NCBI RefSeq assembly: GCF_035594765.1
Contig: NC_085843.1
Coordinates: 260,191,971 to 260,255,970 of the forward strand
Length of the DNA: 64,000 nucleotides
Reading direction: 5' to 3'
From: Anolis carolinensis
Taxonomy: Eukaryota
Numbering within the stretch: the stretch's first letter is position 1; the number at the start of each line of letters is the position of its first letter. The position numbers were made by a program, and so were the translations under genes. Positions 61,918 to 64,000 of the stretch are shown piece after piece. The notes below the pieces were generated by a model, which saw only the letters and a list, made by a program, of their open reading frames with translations, made no database searches and was not told where the DNA came from.

Positions 61918-62813
61918 TAATAAATGTATTAGACACTACTTATTGAACAGAAAGTTTGGTACAGGGGCAGAAATAACATGAAAAGAGTAAGGATAGATTC
62001 CTGGGTCAAAAGAAAGTGCAGTTCAGCATATTTTGGCTGACATTTTGTTCAAAATTAAGCACAAGTGCAATAGAACAACCAGATCATGTAAACTTTGCAG
62101 AAGGAAATGAAATATTCTGAACCTTCTATAGATCACTGGAAAACTCCTTCCACAAAGAACAGAGCTATTTCCCCCCTCTTACTAGCCTTCTTTTTAATTC
62201 TGATTTCTATTTTGAGTTCTATGCTTAACATGTTGAGGGTAACTGACACAAGCAGGCTCCTCTGCTCTTCTTTTTCATACATGATCATTAAGGGATTATG
62301 GAGGCAACTAACGTTTGCCTTGCCTATTGTAGGAAGGTAAATATGCTTCCAGTAAAATGGGCTGATTAGAAACTCACTTGTTTCTAGCTCAAACTTGCTT
62401 TATTGAAGTGTGTCCTGCCAACACATTTCTGCAACCCAACACTGAATATCATTCCTGCTCCAGACTCCTTTCATCAAATTCCTAATGCTGGCGCTTCTTT
62501 TAAAAAAACAGTCCAGTTGGACAAGGGAGGAAAAAGAGTGCTGGGCAACCATAAAAACCCTATGCAAAAAGAAGTTTCACTGCCAAATGATTTGATAACT
62601 GAGATATACCTGAACTTTTAAAAGACTACAGCTCCTTGACATTTTAATCCATAAATTAACTTTTCCAGGCACTAGTTTTAGGGCACTATAAGAAATAATA
62701 TACTATTGATAAGAGTTTATTCTTTGTTTATTAGCCCATATTATAATTCGAGGGAACAAAGATATGCAAAGTTTTCTGTATGCATCTAGGTATCTAACTG
62801 AATAAGAAACCAG

Positions 62814-62954
62814 AGCTGGATCTACACTGCCCTATACCCCAGGATCTGATCCCAGATTATCTGCTTATCCCAGTGTAGACTCATACTCATATAATCCAGT
62901 TCAAAGCATAATCTAGGATCAGGTCCTGGGATATAGGGCAGTGTAGATTCAGCC
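62814..62954. mobile_element. Harbinger-type MITE
   Basis: gctggatctacactgccctata ... tatagggcagtgtagattcagcc|taa. Confidence 0.85.
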
Positions 62955-63549
62955 TAACAGCAGTAGTCACATCTACTAATACTTGATTATTTCATCCTTA
63001 CATGCAAAGACGAAGCATTATTAACGTTCTATGCCCTTTCAGGAGAAAATAAATATTTGTCACAATATTCTTCTCCTTTTAGAGCTTCCCAACATTTGTG
63101 TAGAAATGCATAATATTTTTTTCTGCACATCAAATTCCTCCAAAACACTTTGGAACATTCAAATACTGGAAGAAAACTGTGAAAGCCTCATGACTTTGTT
63201 ATCTTTCCCAGTGGGTTTCCAAGCTGTCATGAAACCTATTTTCTGACTGGGAAATAAATAGTTGGGAATATTCTTTCCTCCTTTTGTCATCCATTCTCAA
63301 GGATATGAATTTCCAATAGCATGAGCCCACATAAGTCTACTCATAAATCCATTTATTAAGTCAGTGGGATACCTTCTCCTCCTTCTCTTCCCCAATCTGG
63401 GGTTCAAGGTGGTTTCAACCAATAAAACAAACATAGCTATTAATTCACATAATGAATACTGGTTTAATGATAGTTTACTGATAGTTGTTATTCAGAAATA
63501 GAGTTATGGGGGAAGGAAAATGTGAGAATTGTCCCCTAGTATCCATTTT

Positions 63550-63780
63550 ACTTTCTGCCAACTTAGCAGTTTGAAAACATGCAAATGTGAGTAGATCATT
63601 AGATACCACTCCGGCGGGAAGGTAATGGCGCTCCATGTAGTCATGCCGGCCACATGACCTTGGAGGTGTCTACAGACAATGCCGACTCTTCGGCTTAGAA
63701 ATGGAGATAAGCACCAACCCCCAGCGTCGGACACAATAGACTTCATGTCAGGGGAAAACCTTTACCTATCTATTTTACCA
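63550..63780 (+). mobile_element. 5'-truncated Sauria SINE
   Basis: ttctgccaacttagcagtttgaaaacatgcaaatg...gtcaggggaaaacctttacc. Confidence 0.9.
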
Positions 63781-64000
63781 TCCTCAAATGCAGAATTTTT
63801 CTTCAGTTCCCAAATTTCTTGTATTGCAAACAAGGCACTGAAAATTGTTCACACCTAGAACTTTTATGTTTGTTATGTTCACATTCCCTTGGTATCTTTT
63901 CCTGCCCCTTTTCTTTGGATGCCTGAAATATCTTTCCAAATGCCCCAAAACTTTTAAGTAGCTGCAGTGCTAGAAATTTGAGAACTGAAGGGGGGGAGGC

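Overview
Vertebrate nuclear DNA, very probably a squamate and most likely an Anolis lizard. This is inferred from the repeat content: Sauria SINEs, RTE-BovB, Vingi, young L2 and CR1 LINEs, Penelope remnants and many hAT, Tc1-mariner and Harbinger-type MITEs. The window is intronic or intergenic and dominated by transposable elements. All long ORFs are either LINE ORF2 (endonuclease plus reverse transcriptase) or artefacts. I cannot identify any host protein-coding exon with confidence. The only clear host feature is a CpG-island-like region (~56.6-57.6 kb) ending in a consensus + strand splice donor at 57431, probably a first exon of a gene I cannot name. There is one assembly gap (50854-51005). 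I found no convincing new biological system. The most interesting signals are: a near full-length L2 broken by one in-frame stop; a very young L2 inside a palindromic element; repeated insertion of retroelements into palindromic MITEs; two different Sauria SINEs at one target site; a 2.46-kb composite hAT element; Penelope hammerhead-ribozyme remnants; and several unexplained tandem or hairpin repeats. Family names come from motif recognition, not database searches.
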